Origin: Planctomycetota bacterium
GTDB lineage: Bacteria; Planctomycetota; UBA1135; UBA2386
Direction of reading: 5' to 3'
Assembly: GCA_965223545.1 (NCBI GenBank)
Contig: OZ245006.1
Coordinates: forward strand, 6,688,001 to 6,752,000
DNA: 64,000 bases
Shown here: piece by piece, positions 30,316 through 40,055 of the stretch
How the letters are laid out: each line of letters opens with the position of its first letter
How positions within the stretch are numbered: the stretch's first letter is position 1
The notes under the pieces: generated by a model
What the model was told of the DNA's origin: nothing
Seen by the model: the letters and a program-made list of their open reading frames with translations, nothing else
The model's database searches: none
Made by a program: the position numbers and the translations under genes

Positions 30316-31611
30316 TCAGCGTCCCCAGTGCTTCATCCAGCGCTCTTCGAGCTCGTCGAGGTCGACCTGATAGATCTCCTGCACCGCGGCCTCGATCGCC
30401 TTCAGGTCGCCGCGCTGGACCTTGCCCACCGCGTGCACGAAGTCGAGGAAGTGCTTCTTGCCAAACCGGCTCTCGCGCAAGAACGCGATGATCGACGCCG
30501 CCTGCAGATAGGCGTTGCCGGAGTTGCTGCCGCCGCGCACTGAGTCGCCGTCGATCGAGCCGAGCAGGCTGGGCACTACGATGAGCTTCTTCAGCGGCAT
30601 GTGCGCGTCCGCCTTGATCTGGTTCTTGACCGAGGCCTTGATCGTATTGGCGCGCTCCGACAGGTAGTCGGCGACGCCCTCCTGGAACCAGGAGCCACCG
30701 CCGCCCAGGCGCAGGCGGTTGCTGAAGATCTGGTGGGTCGCCTCGTGGATGTGTATTGGGTCGTTGGGGGCCTCGTAGTACGTGGCGTAGTAGTCGCGCC
30801 AGGCGTGGCCCTTGGAGCGCTCCGCTTGCTCGCGGTCGCGGCCGGCGACGCGCATGTAGTAGTCGTAGTACTCGTCCGGCAGTCGGAAGAGGAACACCGG
30901 CATCAACCGGCGGCCCTCGACTTCGGGGAAGGGGAACACCTTTTGGATCTCCCGGTAGCACTCCTCCATCTTCTTACCGAACAGCGCGCCGCCGCTGGCG
31001 TTGGTCAGGATGAGGTAGTGCTTCGTGCGCTGGATGCGCAGCTTGCCGTGCAGGTCCTCGGGCGTGTGCTCCTGCCAGCGCGCCCGCGCCTCCTCGTCGG
31101 TCCACACCGGGTCGATGGTCGGGCCCCCGTAGCGCACGCCTTGCTCGAAGAACGTGCGCAGCTGCTTCTCGCCCTTCTTGCCGAGCGCCGGCTTGCAGTG
31201 TGCGCGCAGCTCGTAGGCCCGATTGGCGGTCACTCCGCACAGCGCCCAGGTCTCGGCGTCGTCGGACCGCGCGCGCAGGAGTGCGGCGTACGGGAGCTCG
31301 CCGACCGGTCCGGACACGTACTCGGTGTCGTAGTCCTGCTCGCGGAACGTGTCGCCGCGTGCCACCCACCAGACGACGTCTTCGACCACCACGTCGTCGC
31401 CCCTCTTGTGCAGGATGAGGGTGATCTGCACTTGGGCGCCGTCGAGCTCTCCCGCGAACGTCAACGGGCCCTCGCCCGTGGACCGCTTCTCGAAGCCCTG
31501 CGGCGGCGTCAAGTCGAGCTGCACCGGCCCTGTCGCCGCGTATTGCGCCTTTGCAACGGGTATCGCGATGCACAGCAGAGCGGCAGACTCCAATAAGCGT
31601 TTCGATCTCAT
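30316..31611 (-). CDS. Secreted gluzincin-like (DUF1570-type) protein
   Basis: Signal peptide; HEATHQ and WFQEGVADY motifs. Confidence 0.75.
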   Translation of the reverse strand: MRSKRLLESAALLCIAIPVAKAQYAATGPVQLDLTPPQGFEKRSTGEGPLTFAGELDGAQVQITLILHKRGDDVVVEDVVWWVARGDTFREQDYDTEYVSGPVGELPYAALLRARSDDAETWALCGVTANRAYELRAHCKPALGKKGEKQLRTFFEQGVRYGGPTIDPVWTDEEARARWQEHTPEDLHGKLRIQRTKHYLILTNASGGALFGKKMEECYREIQKVFPFPEVEGRRLMPVFLFRLPDEYYDYYMRVAGRDREQAERSKGHAWRDYYATYYEAPNDPIHIHEATHQIFSNRLRLGGGGSWFQEGVADYLSERANTIKASVKNQIKADAHMPLKKLIVVPSLLGSIDGDSVRGGSNSGNAYLQAASIIAFLRESRFGKKHFLDFVHAVGKVQRGDLKAIEAAVQEIYQVDLDELEERWMKHWGR

Positions 31612-31844
31612 GGTTCGGTAGAAGGCGTCTCCATCGCGGTAGCGCGCGCGGTGCCGGACGGCGCACGCCGGCATTCTAGCTGGCCGGCGCTTCCCGGCCC
31701 ACCATGCCCTGCGCGTCACCGACTGGGAGTGCTGCTCGAGGCTGATTGTGCCTGGGGTTTCCGGCCGCGCTCGCGTTTCCAAGGGCGACGGGGACAACCA
31801 CGCCCCGTGCCGCCTCTTCCGCGAGCAACGTCGAGGAAAACGAC

Positions 31845-34286
31845 ATGAGCACCTCTTTCTGCCGGGTGCTTCCGCTGGTCGCCGCTCTATGGGCGAGTCC
31901 AACGGTGGCGCAGTCCTTCATCGCCTACCACGACGCCGACGGGAGCGAGCACGACGCTCAGTACCAGAAGTTGTCGAGCTCGGGCTACCGCCTGATCTCG
32001 CTGTCTTCGTACGGAGGCGTCTCCAACACGCAGTATGCGGCCGTCTGGGCGCAACGATCGGGCCCGAGCTTCGTCGGGTTCAGGGACCTGACGTCGACCG
32101 AATACCAGCAGCTGCTCGACTTCAGCTGCGGCAACATGACGCCGGCGCTCTTGAGCGCGACCGGGTCCGCCGCGGATCCCCGGTTCTCAGGCGTGTTCGA
32201 GAAGACCGGCAACCCATGCCACGCGCGCCACGGTATCGACGAGTCCGAGCTGGCCACCGAAGTCGGCGATGCCCGCAAGAAAGGACTGCGGATCGCCAGT
32301 ATCGACGCGTACGGCGACGCGTCGGACACGCGCTACGTCGTCGCGTTCGAGCCCAACGCCGAGAAACTCGGTTGGGGCCATTACATCGCTTATGGCTCTT
32401 CCACCCATCAGCTGTTCTTCGACACGATGGGACAGACCCTCGCCCGCCCGGTCGATATCGTGTTCAACGACGACCGCACGAGGTTCGTGGCGGTGTGGGA
32501 AGATACGTCCGTCGGTCTGTCCTACTCGCACCACGACATGACGTCGGCGGAGTACCAGGACAAGTTCGACGAGTACTTGGCCAAGGGCCATTACCCGATC
32601 AACGTGCGCGCTGCGGGAACTCCCGGTGTGTTCGCCGCCACCTGGGCGAAGACCGACGTGCCGGACGGGCGCAAGTTCAGCATGACCGGAGTCGACGTCC
32701 CCGAGCTCGTTCTGTTCGACAGCTGGGTGCAACAGTACATGACTGACACGGCGACCCGCGCCGCGTCGCTCGCGATCGTCAAGGACGGTCGGTTGATGCT
32801 GGCGCGCGGCTACACCTGGGCCGAACAGGGCTATCCGTTGGCCCAACCCGACAGCCTCTACCGGACGGCTTCGATCAGCAAGCCACTCACCAGCATTGCG
32901 GTGCATCAGGAGATGGCGCTGCAGCCGAGTGCGATCGCCTACGACACGGCGATGGCCGACCTCTTCGGCAATCCGGTCTATGCCGATCCGCAGTCCAACG
33001 CGATCCAGGTGATGCACCTGCTGACGCACACCTCGGGATGGGATCGCGACGCGCAGACCGGCAGCGGGGTGGACCCGATGTTCTACGACCGGACGATCGC
33101 CAGCGCGCTGGGGATCTCGATCCCGATCTCGACCACGGCCATCCGCCGCTACATGGAGTCGCAGATGCTCGACTTCGCGCCCGGGACCGAGAGTCGATAC
33201 TCGAACTACGGCTTCAGCCTGCTCGGGCGGATCCTCGAGGTGCTGAACCCCGGCAAGACGTATGACGACATCCTGCAGGAGCGCGTGTTCGCTCCGCTCG
33301 GCATCACGCGTGCGGGGATTGGCGCCGCGCACGTGACGGCGGCTGTGCCCGGCGAAGTGCTCTACCATCCCGCCGCGCTCGGCGTTGCGCAGAGCGTCAA
33401 CGCGGCGCTCGAACCTTGGGTGCCGTCGCAGTACGGCGGGTGGAACCAGGGCAACCTCGATGCACACGGCGGTCACGTGATCACCGCGCCCGACTACGCC
33501 AAGATCCTCGCCGCGTTCGATCTCGGCGCGCAGAACCCGATCCTCGGGCCGGTGCAGACCGCCAACATGTGGACCGAGCCGGCGGCGCCGTTCATTCAGG
33601 CCGGGCCCAACATCAACAGCGCCTACCTCAAGGGGTGGGTGCGGAACTCGGTCAAGGGGCCGGGGGGGACGAACCTGGACCTGTACGAGCACGCTGGCAG
33701 CCTGCCGGGCACGCGCACCTACATCGGCCGGCGCGAGGACGGGGTTTCCTTCGTGTTCCTCACCAATGGTCACGAAGCGCTGAACGGTGCCCACGGCGAC
33801 GAGCTCAGCTCGATCGCCAACGTCATCGGCAGCTGGCCGGACCACGACCTGTTCCCCAGCGTGGGCCTGCCCGCGTTGCGCCATGTCCCCGGCAGCGTCA
33901 ACCCGTTCGGCGCATCATGCGTCGGCAGCTTCGGCACACCGGGCACGAGCTATGTCGGCACGCCCGAGGTCGGCATGGTTTTCACCCCGACGTTGATCCT
34001 GGCGAGGCCACAGTCGCCGGCGTTTCTGTTGCTGGGCCAGCGAACGCAAGTACCGCTGCCGGGCGGCATCGGCTGCTTTCGCTACACGACGGCGGGGATG
34101 ATCCTGCCGGCGACGACCTCGCCGGCCGGGACCGCGCAGATCGCGTTGCCGATGCCTGCGACGCCGGCGTTGATCGGCTACGTCTTTGCGGCGCAGTACG
34201 CGTTCCTCGACTCGTCGGCGGGATCGGCCGGGATCGTGACGACGAACGGGCTGGACATCAAGCTCGGCGGGTGGTTGGGCTTCTGA
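31845..34286 (+). CDS. Secreted serine hydrolase (beta-lactamase family) with N-terminal polyglycine-hydrolase/BTRD1-like repeats and shared C-terminal domain
   Basis: Signal peptide; repeated YQ...G......YAAVW units; SISK, YSN and HAG motifs; LLTHTSG. Confidence 0.88.
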   Translation: MSTSFCRVLPLVAALWASPTVAQSFIAYHDADGSEHDAQYQKLSSSGYRLISLSSYGGVSNTQYAAVWAQRSGPSFVGFRDLTSTEYQQLLDFSCGNMTPALLSATGSAADPRFSGVFEKTGNPCHARHGIDESELATEVGDARKKGLRIASIDAYGDASDTRYVVAFEPNAEKLGWGHYIAYGSSTHQLFFDTMGQTLARPVDIVFNDDRTRFVAVWEDTSVGLSYSHHDMTSAEYQDKFDEYLAKGHYPINVRAAGTPGVFAATWAKTDVPDGRKFSMTGVDVPELVLFDSWVQQYMTDTATRAASLAIVKDGRLMLARGYTWAEQGYPLAQPDSLYRTASISKPLTSIAVHQEMALQPSAIAYDTAMADLFGNPVYADPQSNAIQVMHLLTHTSGWDRDAQTGSGVDPMFYDRTIASALGISIPISTTAIRRYMESQMLDFAPGTESRYSNYGFSLLGRILEVLNPGKTYDDILQERVFAPLGITRAGIGAAHVTAAVPGEVLYHPAALGVAQSVNAALEPWVPSQYGGWNQGNLDAHGGHVITAPDYAKILAAFDLGAQNPILGPVQTANMWTEPAAPFIQAGPNINSAYLKGWVRNSVKGPGGTNLDLYEHAGSLPGTRTYIGRREDGVSFVFLTNGHEALNGAHGDELSSIANVIGSWPDHDLFPSVGLPALRHVPGSVNPFGASCVGSFGTPGTSYVGTPEVGMVFTPTLILARPQSPAFLLLGQRTQVPLPGGIGCFRYTTAGMILPATTSPAGTAQIALPMPATPALIGYVFAAQYAFLDSSAGSAGIVTTNGLDIKLGGWLGF

Positions 34287-34327
34287 CGCGCGGGTGGCAA
34301 AGCGAGAAAATCGAGTGCGACTCCGTA

Positions 34328-37300
34328 CTATCCGTCGAGGGTGAGGCGCAGATCGGTCAGCCGTTGGCCGCCGCGGAGTTCAACCGGGGCGAGGCTGCCG
34401 CTGGCGCCGTCGCGGAGGCCTGCGCGGCCGCGGATCGTCCAGGTGCCCGGTGGCACGCGGTCGACCGCGAAGCTGCCGTCGGCTTCGGTCTGCACGACGT
34501 AGCGGCTCTCGACCGGTTGGTCGCGGTCCTCGCCGCGGCGCGCGGTGTCGAGCGTGCCGCGGATCTCGACCCACGCGCTGGCCGCGGCGGCGCCGTCCGC
34601 GCGGTGCACCGCGCCGCTCAAGCTGCCGGTGGTGACCTCGAGCGCGACCGTTGCGGTGTCGTTGGCGGAGACCGCCACATAGTGGCCGATCAGCTGGTGG
34701 GGCCAGTTGTCGGCGAAGCTGCGCTGGTCGATCTCGAAGGCGAACAGGAAGTGGGTGCCCGCTGGCACGCCGTCGATCGAGAACTGACCGTGCTCGTCGG
34801 TGACCGCGTTCAAAGGGGCTTCCTCGCCGCGTTCGCACATCACCACCGCCTCGGCGAGCGGAGCGCCGTCCAGGTGCAGTGTGCCCCGCACGCGGCCGGT
34901 CGGTCCGGCGGTGGGCTCCGGTGGCGGCTGCAGGTGGATCTCCGCGCTCGCGGTGGTCGCGGCCCGCACCGCGACGGGGACGGCGGTCGGATCCGGCAGC
35001 CAGGCGAAGCGGCCGATGCCGTGCAGCCAGCCCGGGCTGACCGCGCCGCCGAAGGCCGACGTGGCGCGGCACTCGTAGCGGCCGGGTTGGAGGTGGGCGA
35101 ACTCGAAACGACCGTCCGCGTCCGGTGTCGCCAGCAGCGGCATGGCCGGCAGCGGGCCCATCCGCGGTGGGGTGAGCAGCACCGACCACTGCTCGTCGCG
35201 TGCCTCGGGCGGCAGCACGAGCTGGCCACGGATCGCGCCGGGGGTCGCGAACGCAATGGTCGCCGCGGCTTCGCCACGCCTGACCTCGGCGCGCGCGGTG
35301 CCGTAGGCCGGATGGCGCGCCAGAACCAGCGCGCGGTCGCCGGCCAGCGCGTCGAGCGCGATGGCGCCGTCTTCGCCGGTGGTGCCGCAGCGCAGGGGCA
35401 GGCCGCCGCGCCAGGCACCTTCTCCGCGCGGTGTGGCGTGGATCTCGGCGTCGGCGACGGGCGCGCCGGCGGCGTCGACGACGCGTACGCGCAGCGGCGC
35501 GGGTGGGACCAGTCGCAGCGGCAACCGCTGGTCTCCGTCGAGGGTGACGGCGGCCGTGGCGGGCGCGTGGCCGGTGGCGTCGACGCGCACCGTGTAGGAA
35601 CCGGCGGGCAGGTCGCGAATGGTGATCTCTCGATCGCGGCGCTCGCGGCGCCCGCGCAGGTCGAGGGGCGACACCAGCTGGTGGGTCCAGAGGTCCGGCA
35701 GACCTGGCCCCTGGCCGGGCAGCAACGTGATGTCCACGTCGGCGGGCGGTGCACCGCCGTCGGCGTTCAGCACCAGCGTCAGCCGATACTGCGCGGGCAG
35801 GGTGATCGTGTGCGCGGCGTCGACGGGTGCCGCCGGCGCCACGGTCCAGGGTTCGCCGGGGCCGCGGCGGGCGGCGACGGCCACGCGGCCGGCGGCGAGA
35901 CCGTGTGCCGCGAACTGTCCGTCGGCATTGGTCCGCACCGGCGCGGCGGCGGTGGAGAACGGAGTGAAGCCCGCCGCGGAGGCGACCACGACTTCGGCGC
36001 CTTCGACCGGTTCTCCGCCGGTGTCGCGCACGGTTCCCCCGCAGGTGTGGCCGGTTGAGAGCGTGATCGCGCCGAGGTCGTGCCGCCCGCCGGGGGATGC
36101 CTCGACCTGCGCTCGCACCAGCGGTTCGTGACCGGTCGCGTGCGCGGCGAGCACCACGCGTCCGGGCGGCACGCCCACCAGGCGAAAGCCGCCGCTGGCG
36201 TCGGTGCGCGCCCTCGGGACCGGCAGCTCAGCCAACACCGAGTGCACCCACGGGGCCAGCTCGACCACCGACACCGGCGCGCCCGGCAGCTGCAGCACCA
36301 TCGCGCTGCCGGCGGAGAAGCGGTGCAGCGGCGCCAGATCGAGCAGCGGCGGTGGCACGTCGGCGGCGATCACCACCGCGCCGGCGATCGGCGTTCCGTC
36401 GGTGTCCTGCAGGGTGCCGGTCAGCACTGCGCCGTCGCCGACCAGGACGTCGCCGACGTCGATGTGTTGGCCGGGAGTGGGGGTTTGGCGTACCCAGCGC
36501 ATCGCGGCGAGGCCGGTGCCCGCTCCCAGTCGCAGGGCGACGGTTCCGTGCGGCCGCACGCCTTCGATCGTGAACCGCCCGTCGGGAGCAGTGCGCGCTG
36601 CGCCGGCGGTCAGTCGCGGCGGGGCGGCGTTGCGCGCGCCGGCGCGCAGCAGCGCGTCTTCGGCGATGCGCAGCAGCTCGACCGCGCAGTCGGCGACCGG
36701 GCTGCCGTCGTGGTGGACGACGCGGCCGCTGTAGCTGGTGAGGGCCGGGGCCCAGCTCTCCGGGTGCCCGGTCGTGGTCGCCCCCGCGGCCGGATCGGCG
36801 ACCGGCGCGGCCGCCACCACTTGGCGGGAGTCGGCGGCCGGTGGCTTCGCCTGCTCGTCGCCGACCGCGGTGATCGGCGCACGCGCGGCGCCCTCCTCGA
36901 CCGCGGGTGTGCCCTGGGGCGTTCCGGCGCTGGGCCACGCCAGCCAGACGATCGCGGCGGCCGCCGCCGACAGCATGCACAGCATGACCTTGTTCATGAC
37001 CAAGACGTGGGTGAGGGTGGAGGAGGTGGCGAGAGAGGTGGTGGTGTGGGGTCGAACGCCGCCGGACAGCGGCAGCAGCACGGCCGACCAGGCTTGCCGG
37101 TTGCCGTGATGGCGGTCGAGACGTTGGCGCAGCAACGCGTGGGCGCGCTGCATCCGCGTGCGCACGGTGCTGGTGCCGACGCCGAGCCGGGCCGCGATCT
37201 CTTCGGTCGGCAGAGCCTCGAAGTAGCGCAGCACGACCGTTGCGCGGTACGGCTCGTCGAGCGCCAACACCGCATCCACGACCAGCCGCCGCAGCTCCTC

Positions 37301-37591
37301 GCGGGCGACGATCTCCTCGGTCGACGGCGCCAGCGGCGCGGTGGCCGTCGCGCGCTCGCGGGTCGCGCGGCGATGGTCGGCGCGGCGGTCGTTGTGGGCC
37401 AACCGGCGCACGACCGTGCCGAGCCAGGCGCGCACGCCGTCGCGCCGCGGGGGATGGGCCAGCGCGCGCACGTACGCGCTCTGCACCGCGTCCTCCGCGC
37501 GGTGCTCGTCGCCGAGCAGCCCGCGGGCGATGGCGCGCAAGAAGTCGCCGTGCGCCAGCAGGCTCTGATGAGTGGGTTCGAATGCGGTCAT
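34328..37591 (-). CDS. ECF sigma factor fused via a TM to carboxypeptidase-regulatory-like repeats
   Basis: AEDAVQ...RAWL; LDEPYRATVVLRYF...TVRTRMQRA; TM; multiple G.PVA.A.V...TD..G.F repeats. Confidence 0.85.
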   Translation of the reverse strand: MTAFEPTHQSLLAHGDFLRAIARGLLGDEHRAEDAVQSAYVRALAHPPRRDGVRAWLGTVVRRLAHNDRRADHRRATRERATATAPLAPSTEEIVAREELRRLVVDAVLALDEPYRATVVLRYFEALPTEEIAARLGVGTSTVRTRMQRAHALLRQRLDRHHGNRQAWSAVLLPLSGGVRPHTTTSLATSSTLTHVLVMNKVMLCMLSAAAAAIVWLAWPSAGTPQGTPAVEEGAARAPITAVGDEQAKPPAADSRQVVAAAPVADPAAGATTTGHPESWAPALTSYSGRVVHHDGSPVADCAVELLRIAEDALLRAGARNAAPPRLTAGAARTAPDGRFTIEGVRPHGTVALRLGAGTGLAAMRWVRQTPTPGQHIDVGDVLVGDGAVLTGTLQDTDGTPIAGAVVIAADVPPPLLDLAPLHRFSAGSAMVLQLPGAPVSVVELAPWVHSVLAELPVPRARTDASGGFRLVGVPPGRVVLAAHATGHEPLVRAQVEASPGGRHDLGAITLSTGHTCGGTVRDTGGEPVEGAEVVVASAAGFTPFSTAAAPVRTNADGQFAAHGLAAGRVAVAARRGPGEPWTVAPAAPVDAAHTITLPAQYRLTLVLNADGGAPPADVDITLLPGQGPGLPDLWTHQLVSPLDLRGRRERRDREITIRDLPAGSYTVRVDATGHAPATAAVTLDGDQRLPLRLVPPAPLRVRVVDAAGAPVADAEIHATPRGEGAWRGGLPLRCGTTGEDGAIALDALAGDRALVLARHPAYGTARAEVRRGEAAATIAFATPGAIRGQLVLPPEARDEQWSVLLTPPRMGPLPAMPLLATPDADGRFEFAHLQPGRYECRATSAFGGAVSPGWLHGIGRFAWLPDPTAVPVAVRAATTASAEIHLQPPPEPTAGPTGRVRGTLHLDGAPLAEAVVMCERGEEAPLNAVTDEHGQFSIDGVPAGTHFLFAFEIDQRSFADNWPHQLIGHYVAVSANDTATVALEVTTGSLSGAVHRADGAAAASAWVEIRGTLDTARRGEDRDQPVESRYVVQTEADGSFAVDRVPPGTWTIRGRAGLRDGASGSLAPVELRGGQRLTDLRLTLDG

Positions 37592-37648
37592 CGCCCGGGT
37601 TCACACCGCCGCGCCGCCCAGTGTCCCACGGTTTTGGTATTTCGTCCG

Positions 37649-38749
37649 TCAGCGCGCCGCGCGGCGCACCGCCGGCCAGTCGATCTCCCAGGCCGGCCGG
37701 GTCGGCGAGGGCGTCGTCAGCGCCGCGCGCAGCGCGGCGGCCCGCTCGCCGGGGGCCGGATGCGTCGACAGCAGCGGCGGTGCGGCCCCACTCGTGGCCT
37801 CGATGGCCTCGAAGAAGGCCAGCAGGCCGCGCGGGTCGATCTCGGCGCGCCGCAGGAGCTCCAGGGCGAAGGCGTCCGCGGCGCGCTCCTGCGCGACGCT
37901 GAAGCCGAGGTTCGCCACGTGACCGGCGAACTCGACCGCGACGCCGACCAGCACGTCGGCGTTGCCCAAGAACACGCCGATGCCGGCGCCGACTCCCACG
38001 CGGTGCAGCAGCTGGCGCAACCCGTGGCGCTCGACGACGTGGCCGATCTCGTGGGCGAGCACACCGGCGACCTCGTCGGGGCCGCTGGCGGCGTGCAACA
38101 AGCCGGTGTGCACGAACACCGCGCCGCCGGGGGCGGCAAAGGCGTTGATGCTCGGCGCGCGCAGCACGTGAAAACGCAGCTCGAGCGGGGAGGGCGGCAT
38201 CGCGGCGCGCAAACGCGCGCCGATGCGCTGCACCGCGGCATCGAGCACTTCGTCGTGGACCTTCTGGGACTTGGCGAGCACCGAGCGCTCGACCTGTTCG
38301 CCCAGGGCGGCGTCGACTTCGGTGGGGATCGTGCTCACCAGCGGCGCGAGCACGGTGCCGGGAGACACCAACAGCCAGCCCAGCGCCAGCACCGGCAGCA
38401 CGAGGGCTGTGGCGAGTACCGCGAGGCCGGCGCGCCGCCGCCGTCGCCTGCTGCGCTGGCTCTGGCGCAGCGCGCGCAGCTCCCCGACGAGCGGCTGGCT
38501 GAGCTGGTCCTCGAGTTGGTCGAGGCCGTCACTGCCTTCGACGGTCAGCGCCGCCTCGCCGGTGGGCAGGGTCCAGCTCAGGTGCACCGCGGCGCCCTGC
38601 CAGCCGCCACTGCGCACCCGGAGCGCGTTCTCGGCTACCGAAACCTCGACTCCGCTTGCCGAGAACGTCCAGTACGCGGGCGGGCCGGCGTGCCGGGCGA
38701 GCACGACGCGGTGCATGCCGCCGTGCGGGTCGTGGAACAGCGCGCGCAT
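37649..38749 (-). CDS. M48 family metallopeptidase
   Basis: NAFAAPGG, VLAHEIGHV, QERAAD, LSTHP. Confidence 0.9.
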   Translation of the reverse strand: MRALFHDPHGGMHRVVLARHAGPPAYWTFSASGVEVSVAENALRVRSGGWQGAAVHLSWTLPTGEAALTVEGSDGLDQLEDQLSQPLVGELRALRQSQRSRRRRRRAGLAVLATALVLPVLALGWLLVSPGTVLAPLVSTIPTEVDAALGEQVERSVLAKSQKVHDEVLDAAVQRIGARLRAAMPPSPLELRFHVLRAPSINAFAAPGGAVFVHTGLLHAASGPDEVAGVLAHEIGHVVERHGLRQLLHRVGVGAGIGVFLGNADVLVGVAVEFAGHVANLGFSVAQERAADAFALELLRRAEIDPRGLLAFFEAIEATSGAAPPLLSTHPAPGERAAALRAALTTPSPTRPAWEIDWPAVRRAAR

Positions 38750-38787
38750 CGGTTCAGCCCCGGCCGTTGCGCCGCAGGCGGTGGGGG

Positions 38788-39576
38788 TCAGTTGTTGTCG
38801 CCATCCAGCAAGCCCCCGAGACCACCGAGGATCGAGCCCTCGCCGCGGCCGCCGCGCGCGCCGGCGAGGATGCGGCCGGCCATGCGGCTCATCGGCAGCG
38901 ACTGCAACCAGACCCGCCCCGGCCCGGTCAGCGTGGCGAAGAAGAGGCCCTCGCCGCCGAACAGCGCCGACTTGACCCCGCCGACGAACTTGATGTCGTA
39001 GTCGACCGTCGGAGTGAAGGCGACGATGCAGCCGGTGTCGACGCGCAGCCGCTCGGCAGGCGCCAGGTTGCGCTCCGCGACGGTGCCGCCCGCGTTGCAG
39101 AACGCGTAGCCGTCGCCCTCGAGCCGCTGCATGATGAACCCCTCGCCGCCGAACAGGCCGGCGCCGATTTTCTTCTGGAAGGCGATGCCGATCGAGACGC
39201 CCTTGGCGGCGCACAAGAACGAGTCCTTCTGCGCGATCAGCGTGCCGCCGACGTCGGTCAGGTGGAACGGGATGATCTTGCCCGGATAGGGGGCGGCAAA
39301 GGCGACCCGCTTCTTGCCCTGCCCCTGGTTGCTGAACACCGTCATGAACAGCGACTCGCCGGTCAGCAGCCGTTTGCCGGCGCCGACCAGCGAGCCCAAG
39401 AGACCCGAGCGCGCCTGCTGGCCGCTGCCGAAGACGGTCTCCATCTCGATCCCGTCTTCCATGAACATCATGCCGCCGGCCTCGGCCACGGCGGCTTCTT
39501 TGGGGTCGAGCTCGATCTCGACGTACTGCATGTCGTCGCCGTAGATGTCGTAGTCGACTTCGTGCATTTGGCCCAT
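38788..39576 (-). CDS. TIGR00266 / AIM24 family protein
   Basis: [31 protein letters not shown]. Confidence 0.9.
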   Translation of the reverse strand: MGQMHEVDYDIYGDDMQYVEIELDPKEAAVAEAGGMMFMEDGIEMETVFGSGQQARSGLLGSLVGAGKRLLTGESLFMTVFSNQGQGKKRVAFAAPYPGKIIPFHLTDVGGTLIAQKDSFLCAAKGVSIGIAFQKKIGAGLFGGEGFIMQRLEGDGYAFCNAGGTVAERNLAPAERLRVDTGCIVAFTPTVDYDIKFVGGVKSALFGGEGLFFATLTGPGRVWLQSLPMSRMAGRILAGARGGRGEGSILGGLGGLLDGDNN

Positions 39577-39683
39577 GGTTTCGGACTCTACCGGCGGGGG
39601 CCCGGTCTCTTCACCGCCCCGCCCGGGTGATTTTCTCGCCTCCGCGCACGCCAAATGGCGTAAACAATCGCCTGGAACCAATC

Positions 39684-40025
39684 ATGAACAAGACTTTCAT
39701 CGCCTGTGCGCTGACGGCGCTCCTCGGCGTGGGGCTGCCGCTCGGCGGCTGCACCACCGAGGCCGCCAACAGCTCTCCAACGCCCGCCGCCGAGATGACG
39801 ACGGTGACGCTGATCCTGCCCGCAATGACTTGAGGCGGCTGCGCCCAGTCGGTGCGGTCCGCACTCGACAACATTCCGGAGATCGCCGATCTCGAGACCG
39901 ATCCGGGGCCGGAGGGTGGCCGCGCCACCCTCAAGGTCGCCAAGGGCTTCGACCTCGAAGCGTGCCTCAACGCCGCGGTCACCGCCGGCAACGAGCACAT
40001 CAAGGGCTGGTCGATCGAGACCTGA
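39684..40025 (+). CDS. Lipoprotein with heavy-metal-associated (HMA/CopZ/MerP-like) domain, selenoprotein (UGA 39831-39833 read as Sec50; 113 aa)
   Basis: Lipobox LGGC. Reading through one TGA gives TVTLILPAMT-U-GGCAQSVRSALDNIPEI..., the MxCxxC motif with Sec first; the frame stays open 63 more codons. SECIS-like hairpin follows. Confidence 0.85.
39848..39869 (+). promoter_or_regulatory. Putative bacterial SECIS hairpin
   Basis: GTCG-GTGC-ggtcc-GCAC-t-CGAC, starting 14 nt after the UGA, with a bulged U. Confidence 0.7.
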
Positions 40026-40055
40026 GCCAAGGGCTCGGCCGCGGCGCGCGCTCAC

